Shown one piece after another: positions 6,942-15,836 of a DNA stretch of 64,000 nt. The position numbers and the translations under genes are program-made. Under the pieces are notes generated by a model. It was not told the origin of the DNA. It did not search any database and worked only from the letters and a program-made list of their open reading frames with translations. The DNA is taken from positions 151 through 64,150 of the forward strand of contig CAYTSI010000005.1 of the NCBI GenBank assembly GCA_964440465.1, read 5' to 3'. This stretch comes from an uncultured Spirochaetales bacterium. GTDB taxonomy: Bacteria > Spirochaetota > Spirochaetia > SPDA01 > CAZSGZ01. Position 1 is the first letter of the stretch. Each line of letters starts with the position of its first letter.

Positions 6942-7820
6942 ATGGAGCAGAAAGATTTAGTAGAAAAATTGACGAAAGAGGTTATCGCGCGGCTTACGCA
7001 GGAAGGCAGCGGCGTTACAGGCGGCGCGCCTGCAGGCGGCAGCAGGACAACGGCCTCCGGCGGCGTCGGCGGCAATATGGGCGGCGGCCGGTCATCGGGC
7101 GCCGTACAGGAAGGCGGCTCGGCTCAGGCGGCCGGTTCCGGGGAGCTCCGTCCCTCCGACCTCAATAAATATATCGACCACACTCTGCTCAAACCGGAGG
7201 CGACGAAAGAGCAGATCGACAAGCTCTGCGATGAGGCGAAGGAATACTCTTTTTATTCGGTATGCGTCAACTCGAGCTGGGTGGAATACTGCGCGAAAAA
7301 ACTCCGCGGAAGCGGAGTCAAAATCAGTGCCGTAGTGGGGTTCCCCTTAGGCGCCATGGAAGGCCGTGCGAAGGGTTATGAAACAAGACACGTCGTCGAG
7401 GCGGGTGCCGATGAAATAGATATGGTGATGAACGTGGGCGCCCTGAAATCGGGAGACACGAAAAAGGTTGAAGAAGACATCCGCTGGGTCCGCCGGTCCA
7501 CCCGGCAGAAGACGGTTGTAAAAGTAATTATCGAAGCGGCCCTGCTGACCGATGACGAGAAGGTGCTCGCCTGTCAGATTTCGAAAAACGCCGGCGCCGA
7601 TTTCGTAAAAACGTCCACCGGGTTTGCAAAAGGCGGCGCCACCGCCGAAGATGTCGCCCTGATGCGGCGCACCGTCGGTCCGAAGACGGGCGTTAAAGCT
7701 GCCGGGGGGATCCGCTCCTTCGAAGATGCTGTGAAGATGATCAATGCCGGCGCGACTCGCTTAGGCACCAGTTCCAGCGTAGAGATTGTTACGGGGCAAA
7801 AGAGCACGTCGGCGTACTAA
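6942..7820 (+). CDS. deoC: Deoxyribose-phosphate aldolase (DERA) with ~68-aa N-terminal extension
   Basis: The core reads LNKYIDHTLLKPEAT...YSVCVN...VVGFPLG...DMVMNVG...VKVIIEAALL...ADFVKTSTGF...GVKAAGGIR, the class I aldolase DeoC pattern. The N-terminus is an amphipathic helix (DLVEKLTKEVIARL) followed by a long Gly/Ser/Ala linker. Confidence 0.9.
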   Translation: MEQKDLVEKLTKEVIARLTQEGSGVTGGAPAGGSRTTASGGVGGNMGGGRSSGAVQEGGSAQAAGSGELRPSDLNKYIDHTLLKPEATKEQIDKLCDEAKEYSFYSVCVNSSWVEYCAKKLRGSGVKISAVVGFPLGAMEGRAKGYETRHVVEAGADEIDMVMNVGALKSGDTKKVEEDIRWVRRSTRQKTVVKVIIEAALLTDDEKVLACQISKNAGADFVKTSTGFAKGGATAEDVALMRRTVGPKTGVKAAGGIRSFEDAVKMINAGATRLGTSSSVEIVTGQKSTSAY

Positions 7821-7907
7821 AGACCGGACACCAGCCTCCCAAAAAGGTCCGGCGAAACGCGAAACGCTAATATTGACAACCAGTATTCAAATCGCTATCG
7901 TTATCAT

Positions 7908-8276
7908 ATGGGGACGTTTCATATCAGCTGTAAAGTAGAAAACCATATTGACCGCGGGAAAAATACTACAGTTAAAAACCTATTAGTAGACACCGGAAGC
8001 GGATTTACCTGGCTCCCCGCCTCGGAACTGGAGAACATCGATGTTGCCCGTGAGAAAAAAGATCTGCCTTTTATTATGGCAAACGGTCAAAGGATTACCA
8101 GGGACGCCGGCTTCGCGATCATCCGTGTAGAAGACCATTTCACCATTGATGAGGTTGTATTCGCGGAGGAAGGGGACTTGCTGCTGTTAGGCGCCCGCAC
8201 TTTAGAAGGACTGAACCTCCGGGTCGATTCGGTCCGGAAGAAACTCGTGGCCGCCGGACCGCTCCCGGCCGCGTAG
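7908..8276 (+). CDS. Retropepsin-like (clan AA) aspartic protease domain protein
   Basis: The 122-aa product has the motif LLVDTGSGFTWLP (a D-T-G-S catalytic-type motif) and a C-terminal LLLLGARTLEGL segment typical of bacterial retropepsin-like proteins. Confidence 0.6.
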   Translation: MGTFHISCKVENHIDRGKNTTVKNLLVDTGSGFTWLPASELENIDVAREKKDLPFIMANGQRITRDAGFAIIRVEDHFTIDEVVFAEEGDLLLLGARTLEGLNLRVDSVRKKLVAAGPLPAA

Positions 8277-8325
8277 AATCTCCCTGTTGCCCCGCCGAGT
8301 CCTCTTTGGTATGATGGGACGGGAG

Positions 8326-8517
8326 ATGGACAATACTCCAAAGAAAGCTCCGAACTGCCTGAAATGCCGTTTTTTTTCGGTTTCCTGGGACAGACGTTAC
8401 CCCCGGGCATGTTCCGTATTTGGTATTAAATCGAAGCAGCTTCCCAGCATGGAGGTATACCGGGCCACCGGGCGGCATTGTCCAATGTTTCAAAAATCCG
8501 AAAAAATAAAGGACTAA
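8326..8517 (+). CDS. Small Cys-rich hypothetical protein
   Basis: The product reads MDNTPKKAPNCLKCRFFSVSWDRRYPRACSVFGIKSKQLPSMEVYRATGRHCPMF, giving a CxxC...C...C pattern. The start was chosen at ATG 8326, after GGGACGGGAG. No family was recognised. Confidence 0.35.
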   Translation: MDNTPKKAPNCLKCRFFSVSWDRRYPRACSVFGIKSKQLPSMEVYRATGRHCPMFQKSEKIKD

Positions 8518-8533
8518 ACTGAAGGAATACATC

Positions 8534-9682
8534 ATGAATAGAGAACGAAAAAAAAGGCGGACACTAAAAAAGAGCGGGCCGATGATGTCCCGCCTGTACG
8601 GAGACACCGGCGTTAACGTTTCCGCGTTAGGTTTCGGCGGGATGCGGTTTGAGAAACCGGACGATATCGAGCATTCCGCCGAGACGGTGTTCCACGCCTT
8701 CGAGCGGGGGATTACCTATTTCGATACGGCGCCGGGGTATTTCGACGGTAAGTCGGAGGAGGCCGTCGGTACGGCGGTAAACGAGATGAAGAAAACCGGC
8801 AGGCCTTTTTATATATCCACGAAATCAAACAAGGCGGACGGTGCCGTGGTCCGGAAAGAGCTGGAAGAAAGCCTGAAGCGGCTGAATCTCGACTGTATCG
8901 ATTTTTATAACTGCTGGTACGTACTGACATTAGAGGATTGGGAAAAACGGAAAAACGGCGGGGCAGTGGAAGCAATTCTAAAGGCGCGGGACGAGGGGCT
9001 TGTCCGCTTTCCGGTATTTTCCACCCACCTTCCGGGAGACGCGGTACGTACGGTCATTGAAGAGGGATATTTCCGCGGCGTTACCCTCGGCTATTCGGCC
9101 ATCAATTTTCCCTACCGGGAAGAGGGGATACGGGCAGCCGGAGAGAACAATCTCGGTGTTGTCGTTATGAACCCCTTAGGGGGAGGAACAATTGTAAACA
9201 ATGCCGATGCCTTTCAATTTATCAAACGGGACAGCAAACAGACCGTTTTAGAGGCGGCCCTTCATTTTCTCTGGGCCCACGATGAAATTACGGTCGCGTT
9301 AGTAGGATGCAGGAACAAGTCCGATGTGGACGATGCCGCTGCCGCCGCGGCATCGTACGTACCCTATTCGGACGAAGATATCTCTAAAATAAAGAAGAAC
9401 ATTACCCGGGACTTCAACCAGCTGTGTACAAGCTGTACCTACTGTGATGTTTGTCCCGAAGACATCCCTGTCTGGAAGTTTGTGGAAACTGCAAACCATG
9501 TTATTTTAGGCTCTTCCGCGTCACTGTCCGGACGACTGAAATACTACTGGGGGGCTGATCCGACGGCCATGGAGCGGTGTATCCGGTGCGGGCAGTGTGA
9601 AAGTGCCTGCACCCAGCATATACCGATTATGGAACGGTTTGAGATGCTGAAAACAGCATTGACGGAGGAACCTACAAAGTAA
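8534..9682 (+). CDS. Aldo/keto reductase with C-terminal 4Fe-4S ferredoxin-like tail
   Basis: The AKR barrel motifs are LGFGGMRF, ITYFDTAPGY and GVVVMNPLGGG. The C-terminal cysteine clusters are CTSCTYCDVCP and CIRCGQCESAC. An alternative start exists at 8582. Confidence 0.8.
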   Translation: MNRERKKRRTLKKSGPMMSRLYGDTGVNVSALGFGGMRFEKPDDIEHSAETVFHAFERGITYFDTAPGYFDGKSEEAVGTAVNEMKKTGRPFYISTKSNKADGAVVRKELEESLKRLNLDCIDFYNCWYVLTLEDWEKRKNGGAVEAILKARDEGLVRFPVFSTHLPGDAVRTVIEEGYFRGVTLGYSAINFPYREEGIRAAGENNLGVVVMNPLGGGTIVNNADAFQFIKRDSKQTVLEAALHFLWAHDEITVALVGCRNKSDVDDAAAAAASYVPYSDEDISKIKKNITRDFNQLCTSCTYCDVCPEDIPVWKFVETANHVILGSSASLSGRLKYYWGADPTAMERCIRCGQCESACTQHIPIMERFEMLKTALTEEPTK

Positions 9683-9813
9683 CAGCGCCGAAAAATGGCT
9701 GTAGCTTTGTCTGAGTACAGATGATGTCCCCGCGTGCAGCCGAAAAGAGGATATATCCCGGAAGATTTGATAAATCACTTGCAGATTAGCCGAAATTGTA
9801 TCAAAATAGAGGT

Positions 9814-10953
9814 ATGGAAGAAAGAAAAGTATTAATAAAAGATTTCGAGAAAAAAATCCAATCCAATGAGGAAAAAATCAGGCTGCTGCTGATACAAACG
9901 GGTGAATACCTCTTTGCAAAGGCGAAAAAAGATACCCGGTCCGCGGCGCAGGATGATTATGATGCCGCGAAACGGCAGCTGGATTCCCTGGAACAATACA
10001 AGGACAGCAAAAAACGGATTCTTGCCATTCTCGAACGGCTTTCTGAGATTAAAGAAGAGATGACCAATTCCGGCGGGCAGATTGAGATCATAGAACGGGC
10101 GAATCTGCCGGTATATGAAGTCATAGGAGAAAAGGCCTACGAACACCTGCGTCATGATCCGTCCCGGTATAATCAGTACAGCGATGTATTTGTGGATGTC
10201 AATAATCAGATAGAGGACATTGAAAATATAGAAAATGACATTGAAGCAATACACGCGCAGAAAAAGCAGCGTAAATTCTTTGAAAAAATTGCGGACACCG
10301 GTCAGGTAACCTATTTAAAGGGGATCAAGATGGTCCGGGCAAAAACAATGCCCCGGCTGTACCGGGAGGCCGGGCAAAAGCTCACGGAAACCAATTTTTT
10401 GGAAACAACAGGAAACGAAGAAATCGTAAGCGCCGCCGGACCGTACCTGCAGAACAAAGAAAAATTGAAGGAACTGCATACCCGGATGGAGCATCTCTCG
10501 GAAGAGGAAAAGAGTTTAGAGTCGGAACTGATCAATTTAGGAGTGGACAAACGGGCAGACCGGCGAACGGACGAACTCGACCGGAATATTGCCGCTGCCC
10601 AGGAGAAATACACGGAAAAGCTTCTCGCGATTGCCCGGAAGGTGCGGGAAAACACCCCGGAGGCAATTGCCTCACTGTCGGACTATAAAGAATTTCTCAA
10701 AGAAATCGCGAAATGCGAAAAGCAGAATGATCAATACCGGGAAAATATTACAAAACTCAACGCGGCAATTGAGGCGGATAATTGTGCCCGCCAGCTTGAA
10801 AGAATGAATGAAAGTATCGGCGACCGCGAGCGGCGTATTCGGGAGTACGAACAGGAAATAGAAGACCTGCAAAAACGGATAGCGGAAACGGAGAAAGAGA
10901 AAAAGCGCTACGAGGAAATCAGGGGTCCTAAGGAACTGACACTTCAGTCGTAA
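9814..10953 (+). CDS. Coiled-coil protein, unknown function
   Basis: The ~380-aa product is highly charged (E/K/R/Q-rich) with heptad-like composition throughout. The start was trimmed to ATG 9814, after an AGAGG RBS. The gene has its own terminator downstream. Confidence 0.55.
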   Translation: MEERKVLIKDFEKKIQSNEEKIRLLLIQTGEYLFAKAKKDTRSAAQDDYDAAKRQLDSLEQYKDSKKRILAILERLSEIKEEMTNSGGQIEIIERANLPVYEVIGEKAYEHLRHDPSRYNQYSDVFVDVNNQIEDIENIENDIEAIHAQKKQRKFFEKIADTGQVTYLKGIKMVRAKTMPRLYREAGQKLTETNFLETTGNEEIVSAAGPYLQNKEKLKELHTRMEHLSEEEKSLESELINLGVDKRADRRTDELDRNIAAAQEKYTEKLLAIARKVRENTPEAIASLSDYKEFLKEIAKCEKQNDQYRENITKLNAAIEADNCARQLERMNESIGDRERRIREYEQEIEDLQKRIAETEKEKKRYEEIRGPKELTLQS

Positions 10954-10990
10954 TGTCTGCCCGCGGCATCCCATAACAACCTTCCACTGA

Positions 10991-11029
10991 CAGCCCGTTC
11001 GGATAACTCCGGCCGGGCTGCTCTTTTTT
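10991..11029 (+). terminator. Rho-independent terminator candidate
   Basis: The stem CAGCCCG (10991-10997) pairs with CGGGCTG (11014-11020) and is followed by CTCTTTTTTG. Confidence 0.6.
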
Positions 11030-11046
11030 GTAAGCTGTGATAGGAT

Positions 11047-12174
11047 ATGTTCCGTATGAACCGGTTTACGATGTGCGCGGCAGCCGACTTTCACCTCGGC
11101 ATGAGGTTCTCTTCCTACCCTTCTGTGCAAAAGGAGCTGATACGGGCGAGGTTTTCCGCGCTCCGGCGGGTGGTGGACCGGGCAAATGCCGAACAATGCG
11201 CTCTTCTTGTGATAGCGGGAGATTTGTTTGATCGTATCAACATCCCGGTAAAAGAAGCGGAGGAAGTGATAGAAATTCTCGGCGGATTTCAGGGTGATTG
11301 CATTGCGGTTTTACCGGGTAACCACGATTATTTCAGCGGTGCAAAGAGCGGTGTCTGGAAAACCGTTACGGAGAATGGACCGGATAACCTCCTGCTGCTG
11401 TCGGAGAAGAAAAAATACTACCTCAATGATTTCCATTTGCCGGTTGTTTTATATGCCGGCCCATGCAGTTCTCAGCACGGACGTGAAAACGCGGTATCGT
11501 GGATCGGCCCGGCGGACCGAAAGGACAGAGAATTGTTTCATATAGGGGTAGCCCACGGCAGCATTGAGGGGATTTCCCCCGACGTAACCAAGCAGTATTT
11601 CCCGATGAACAGGAAGCAGCTGGAGTCCGCCGGTCTCGATTTGTGGATTATCGGGCACACCCATATACCCTTCCCGGAGCGGGAGGAAACGGTATCGCCT
11701 TTTATTATACCCGGCACACCCGAACCGGACGGTTTTGATTCCGGCGGGGACGGAGCTGCTTGGATTATTTCGGTAAATGATAACAAGGCGGTACACAAGA
11801 AGCGGTTTACTGCCGGCTCATACCGTTTTACGCGGCAGATAAAGGAAATACACTCCGCCGGGGACATTGAGGAGGCGGTCCGTGAAATGAGCGGAACGGC
11901 CGGTCCTTCCGTTCTCCTGCAGCTGAAACTGCGGGGCACTCTTGTGAAGGGCGATTTTCCCCTTTTAGGTCCGGCAATGGAAGAATTGGCACAGCGGTTT
12001 TTTTATACGGATATTGATACGGAAAGCGTGAAAACAAAGCTGACCCCCGGAGAAATCGGCAATGAATTCCGGGAAGGGACCTTTCCCTATATTCTTCTTT
12101 CCCGTCTCTCCGAGTACGGCGATACCGAGGCGCTCGAGCGGGCTTACAGGATCCTAGAGGAGATGAGGAAATGA
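11047..12174 (+). CDS. Metallophosphoesterase, SbcD/Mre11-like nuclease subunit (YhaO-like)
   Basis: The calcineurin-like phosphoesterase motifs are AADFHLG, IAGDLFD, LPGNHD and GHTH. The gene overlaps the downstream ATPase gene by 4 nt. Confidence 0.75.
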   Translation: MFRMNRFTMCAAADFHLGMRFSSYPSVQKELIRARFSALRRVVDRANAEQCALLVIAGDLFDRINIPVKEAEEVIEILGGFQGDCIAVLPGNHDYFSGAKSGVWKTVTENGPDNLLLLSEKKKYYLNDFHLPVVLYAGPCSSQHGRENAVSWIGPADRKDRELFHIGVAHGSIEGISPDVTKQYFPMNRKQLESAGLDLWIIGHTHIPFPEREETVSPFIIPGTPEPDGFDSGGDGAAWIISVNDNKAVHKKRFTAGSYRFTRQIKEIHSAGDIEEAVREMSGTAGPSVLLQLKLRGTLVKGDFPLLGPAMEELAQRFFYTDIDTESVKTKLTPGEIGNEFREGTFPYILLSRLSEYGDTEALERAYRILEEMRK

Positions 12175-14651
12175 TCATCCGGGACCTGCACATTCATACC
12201 TTCGGGGACTTTCAGGATGTCCGGCTGCAGTTTGCAGACGGGTGTAATATTGTCCTTGGTGAAAATGAAGCGGGTAAGTCAACGGTTTTCAATGTAATCG
12301 ATCATCTGCTGTTTACTCCCGTCAAGCTGACGAAGCGTGAAATGGAAAAAAGCTTGAATCGATGGTTTCCCGTTGGAGGCGGGGATACGTTGAGCGCGGA
12401 ATTATCTGCCGAACTCGGGGACAGAGCTGTTCGGTACTTCAAGTGCTGGGGCGGGAATCCGGAAGGAACAATTCGATTTTCACCGGGAGGGACCTATTCG
12501 GGCGATGATGCCCTCGCTGCGGAAACGGAAAAATTGTGGGGATACTCTCCGGAGACGGTGCGGCAGGTTTGCCTGCTGCGGCAGAGTACCCTCGCGGATA
12601 CGCTGCCTTCCTACCAGAATTCGAAGGAGGTATTGCAGTCTCTTACCGACATCCTGCAAAATTCTTTAATAGAAGGCGGCGGTATTTCCACCTCCGGTTT
12701 TATTGAAACTCTCCGGGACCGGTACAGCTTGTTTTTTTCAAGATGGGACAGAGACCGGAACTATCCGGAAAAAAACAGAGGGATTGAAAATCCATGGTCG
12801 GTAAACGTGGGTACGGTTTTGAAATGGTGGTATGAAATGAAGCGGGCCGAGTTAGAGGTCCGGCGGGTAGAGCAGCTGGAAGACTCAATATGTTTACTGC
12901 AGAGCAGCCAAAAAGAAAAAAAGAAGGAAACGGCAGCTCTCGAGTCGTTTCTTTCTGCCTTTGAGACAGTCTACAACACTGCCGGAGACAGAAAAAGCCT
13001 GGAATTGGAACTGCGGGAAATTATCGGTACGATGGAGCGGATAAAGAAAGACAGTCAATCCTGGGGACGGGGGAGGGATGGTCTTGAACAGGCGCTCCGG
13101 GAGCGGAAAGAAGGGAACGAAGAACTTGGAAAGCTCCGCGGGCGGATCGAAAGCAGGGATGAAGTAACGGCGAAACGGAAACGGTTCGAAAAATATCGTC
13201 GGCTGCTGGAGGTGAAAACAAAACTCGACGCCCTGGAGGCAAAGCTCAGAGAACAGCCGGCAATACCGGAAAAGGATTTGCAGGCACTCCGTGAATCAAG
13301 GTTGGCAATTCGGGAAAGTGAGGTGAAACTGCAGTCCGGAACACTCTTTGCACAGCTGACCGCGAAGAAAAATATCAGTTTTTCCTATACTCCCGGATTG
13401 GGCACTGAAAAGCGGCGTGACCTTATGGCAGGGAATTCGCTTGAAATAACGGCGGAAGGGAAAATTCGGCTGAGCCACGAAGACTGGGAGCTGGATGTTT
13501 ATTCGGGAAACGAAGATTACGAAACCGTCAAAAAGGAGCTGGAGGCAGGCAAAAAAGAGTTTAACGCTCTCTGTGAGAAGTACGGTGTTGTTTCCGTCGA
13601 GGAAGGAGAAGCACAGCGGAAGGTTTATACTGATCTGGAAGGGGAAACGGCACGGGCGCGGAAACAATTTTCCGAGGAACGCGGAGAGGACTCTTTTGAA
13701 GCCCTGAAGAAGGAAGTCGAAAGTTTTGGGGCCCTTCCTGAGGAAACCGACAGTACCGAGCTGGGAAGAGAATACGGTTCTCTCAATGAACGGCTTGCCG
13801 CGCTTGAAAAAACAATACAGGAACATCGGGAACGGTTGTCGTATTTGGAAGAGACATATGGGACGGAGGAAAAGCTTCTGGACATGCTCGCGGACCTCCG
13901 CGGCCGGCAGCGGGACTTGGAGAAACAAGTGGCTGCTCTTCCGGAAATTCCTGACCCCTTCGAAACGGCGGAAGAATTTCTTGAGGCATACAGGGAAAAA
14001 CAAAGAAAAAGGGAGACGCTCCGTCAGGAAATATTTGAGTTAGATAAGGCGGCCGCCCTTGCGGTAAAAGACCTCCCGGACATCTCCCTCGAGGAGCTCG
14101 AAGCGGACGCTGAAGCCGCGCGGCGGCGTTTTCAATCCGCGCTTTCGGAGGGGGAGACAATCGGCCGGATTCTCGAGACAGCGCTGCGGATCCAAAAAGA
14201 AATTCAGGAGAACCCCTATACCGCCTTTATGGAGGCGGCGGAAGCAAACCTTAAAAAAATGACCGGGCAGAGGCTGCAGTATAAAAGCAGATCAGGCGGG
14301 GGGGACGGTCAGGCAGCGGCCCCTTTTCACGGTGATGTTAGAAACAGCCGGGGAGAAATTCTGGCGTACGGACAGCTTTCAGGCGGAACGAAAGACGCGG
14401 TTTCTCTAGCCGTCCGGCTGGCAATGGCGGAGTATTATCTGAAAAATAAAGCAGGGTTTCTCCTCTTTGATGATCCCCTAGTGGAAATGGACCCGCGGCG
14501 CCAGAAGGCCGCCGCCGAACTGCTTTCCGAAACCGCCCGGCGCTACCAGTCGATAATCTTTACCTGTCATCCCCACATGCGCGATTTATTCCCGAATGCC
14601 AATGTAATTGAGCTGCATCGGGACGGGGAACGGAGGCGTGTTAAATTTTAA
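12171..14651 (+). CDS. SbcC/Rad50-like AAA ATPase with long central coiled coil (YhaN-like)
   Basis: Walker A (GENEAGKST) is at the N-terminus. The central ~500 aa are coiled-coil. The C-terminus carries an ABC signature (LSGGTKD) and Walker B (LLFDDPLVEMD). Confidence 0.8.
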   Translation: MIIRDLHIHTFGDFQDVRLQFADGCNIVLGENEAGKSTVFNVIDHLLFTPVKLTKREMEKSLNRWFPVGGGDTLSAELSAELGDRAVRYFKCWGGNPEGTIRFSPGGTYSGDDALAAETEKLWGYSPETVRQVCLLRQSTLADTLPSYQNSKEVLQSLTDILQNSLIEGGGISTSGFIETLRDRYSLFFSRWDRDRNYPEKNRGIENPWSVNVGTVLKWWYEMKRAELEVRRVEQLEDSICLLQSSQKEKKKETAALESFLSAFETVYNTAGDRKSLELELREIIGTMERIKKDSQSWGRGRDGLEQALRERKEGNEELGKLRGRIESRDEVTAKRKRFEKYRRLLEVKTKLDALEAKLREQPAIPEKDLQALRESRLAIRESEVKLQSGTLFAQLTAKKNISFSYTPGLGTEKRRDLMAGNSLEITAEGKIRLSHEDWELDVYSGNEDYETVKKELEAGKKEFNALCEKYGVVSVEEGEAQRKVYTDLEGETARARKQFSEERGEDSFEALKKEVESFGALPEETDSTELGREYGSLNERLAALEKTIQEHRERLSYLEETYGTEEKLLDMLADLRGRQRDLEKQVAALPEIPDPFETAEEFLEAYREKQRKRETLRQEIFELDKAAALAVKDLPDISLEELEADAEAARRRFQSALSEGETIGRILETALRIQKEIQENPYTAFMEAAEANLKKMTGQRLQYKSRSGGGDGQAAAPFHGDVRNSRGEILAYGQLSGGTKDAVSLAVRLAMAEYYLKNKAGFLLFDDPLVEMDPRRQKAAAELLSETARRYQSIIFTCHPHMRDLFPNANVIELHRDGERRRVKF

Positions 14652-14667
14652 GGCACCCGCGAAAGAA

Positions 14668-15645
14668 TTATGAATCGAAGCTGTATTCCCCGCGCCATGA
14701 AACAATGTATTCCCAGACATTTCCCCGCGGCGGCCGTACCGATCCTCCTGTGCCGGGGTCGTACGTCCACGTTCCCGTAATCCCCTTTTCCGCGGCGGCG
14801 GCTTCGAAATGATACATTGCAATTCCCGTATCGATCCGCTGTAGGTCAATGTGCTTCCTGAAAAGCCCGTAAGCTCTGTCCCTTTGCAGAAAAAAATGCA
14901 CCAGGTTCTCCGCTTTCCCGCTGCCCCGGAAGGTGATTATCAGCCGCCATGGCTGCTTGTTTGATGCCGAGGGAGCAAGTCGCACGCATTCGAGAATGAT
15001 CTTTGTTTTTTCGGAAACTTCACTGGGTTGCAGAGGTTTGAGGGGGACAGAGCTGCAGGTAACGAAAAACAGTTTTTCCCACGGTTTCCGGCGTTTCGAT
15101 CCCGCGGCAAATCTGATGAAGCGTGCAGCCGGCCGCCTACGTTCCGCCGGATATCCCACAGGTGTTATTGCAGGGATAATTTCGTTGTCTGGAAGATTGA
15201 GGTATTCTGAAAGTTTCCCGCGCTGAAAAGTTCCCCCGAGCCAGCAGGTCCCGAGGCCGAGATTCGTCAACTGCAGGATAATATGTTCAAAGGTGTAGCC
15301 GAGGTCCGTCATTTTCTGAGGGACAGAGCTGCCTTTTGAGGAATTTTCTATGTTTCGCTTCCGATTTGCAGTGTCCGCCGCGACTGATTTTTCTGTAACT
15401 GTAACAATGCCCGCGGCAAAAAGGCGTGCCCCTCGTATAAAACCGTAAGTACCAAGTGAGCTCCGCCACTCCTCCGGCATACCGGATAGGTCAATCAGCG
15501 TAAACCGGATGCGCGATCCGAACGGCGGGACAGCACCGGGATGTACGATGAGTTTTTCAATTTTATTTACCAGTTCCGGTTCGCAATGCCGCCCAGAATA
15601 AGAGCGGATCGACCTTCTCCGAAGTATTGTATCGTGTATCGTCAT
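14668..15645 (-). CDS. Nitroreductase-family protein
   Basis: The N-terminal TILRRRSIRSYSG motif and the later APSASNKQPW motif are typical of nitroreductase folds. The start was trimmed to the ATG at 15645 (MTIHDTILRRRS). Confidence 0.7.
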   Translation of the reverse strand: MTIHDTILRRRSIRSYSGRHCEPELVNKIEKLIVHPGAVPPFGSRIRFTLIDLSGMPEEWRSSLGTYGFIRGARLFAAGIVTVTEKSVAADTANRKRNIENSSKGSSVPQKMTDLGYTFEHIILQLTNLGLGTCWLGGTFQRGKLSEYLNLPDNEIIPAITPVGYPAERRRPAARFIRFAAGSKRRKPWEKLFFVTCSSVPLKPLQPSEVSEKTKIILECVRLAPSASNKQPWRLIITFRGSGKAENLVHFFLQRDRAYGLFRKHIDLQRIDTGIAMYHFEAAAAEKGITGTWTYDPGTGGSVRPPRGNVWEYIVSWRGEYSFDS

Positions 15646-15836
15646 CGTCTCTTGTCGAGGGTAATTATATTCACAGGTAGGAGAATACTCTAATTGGGAG
15701 TCTACTTCTATGGGCGACCTCAAGTTTTCCCTTACTGGTCTGGAGATGTAAAGCGTTTAGGAAAATCAGCTACTTACTCTTAATGCTCCGTCCCTCATCA
15801 ACAGCACCGGTTATCGCTCACCGGTATTCGGCATTA

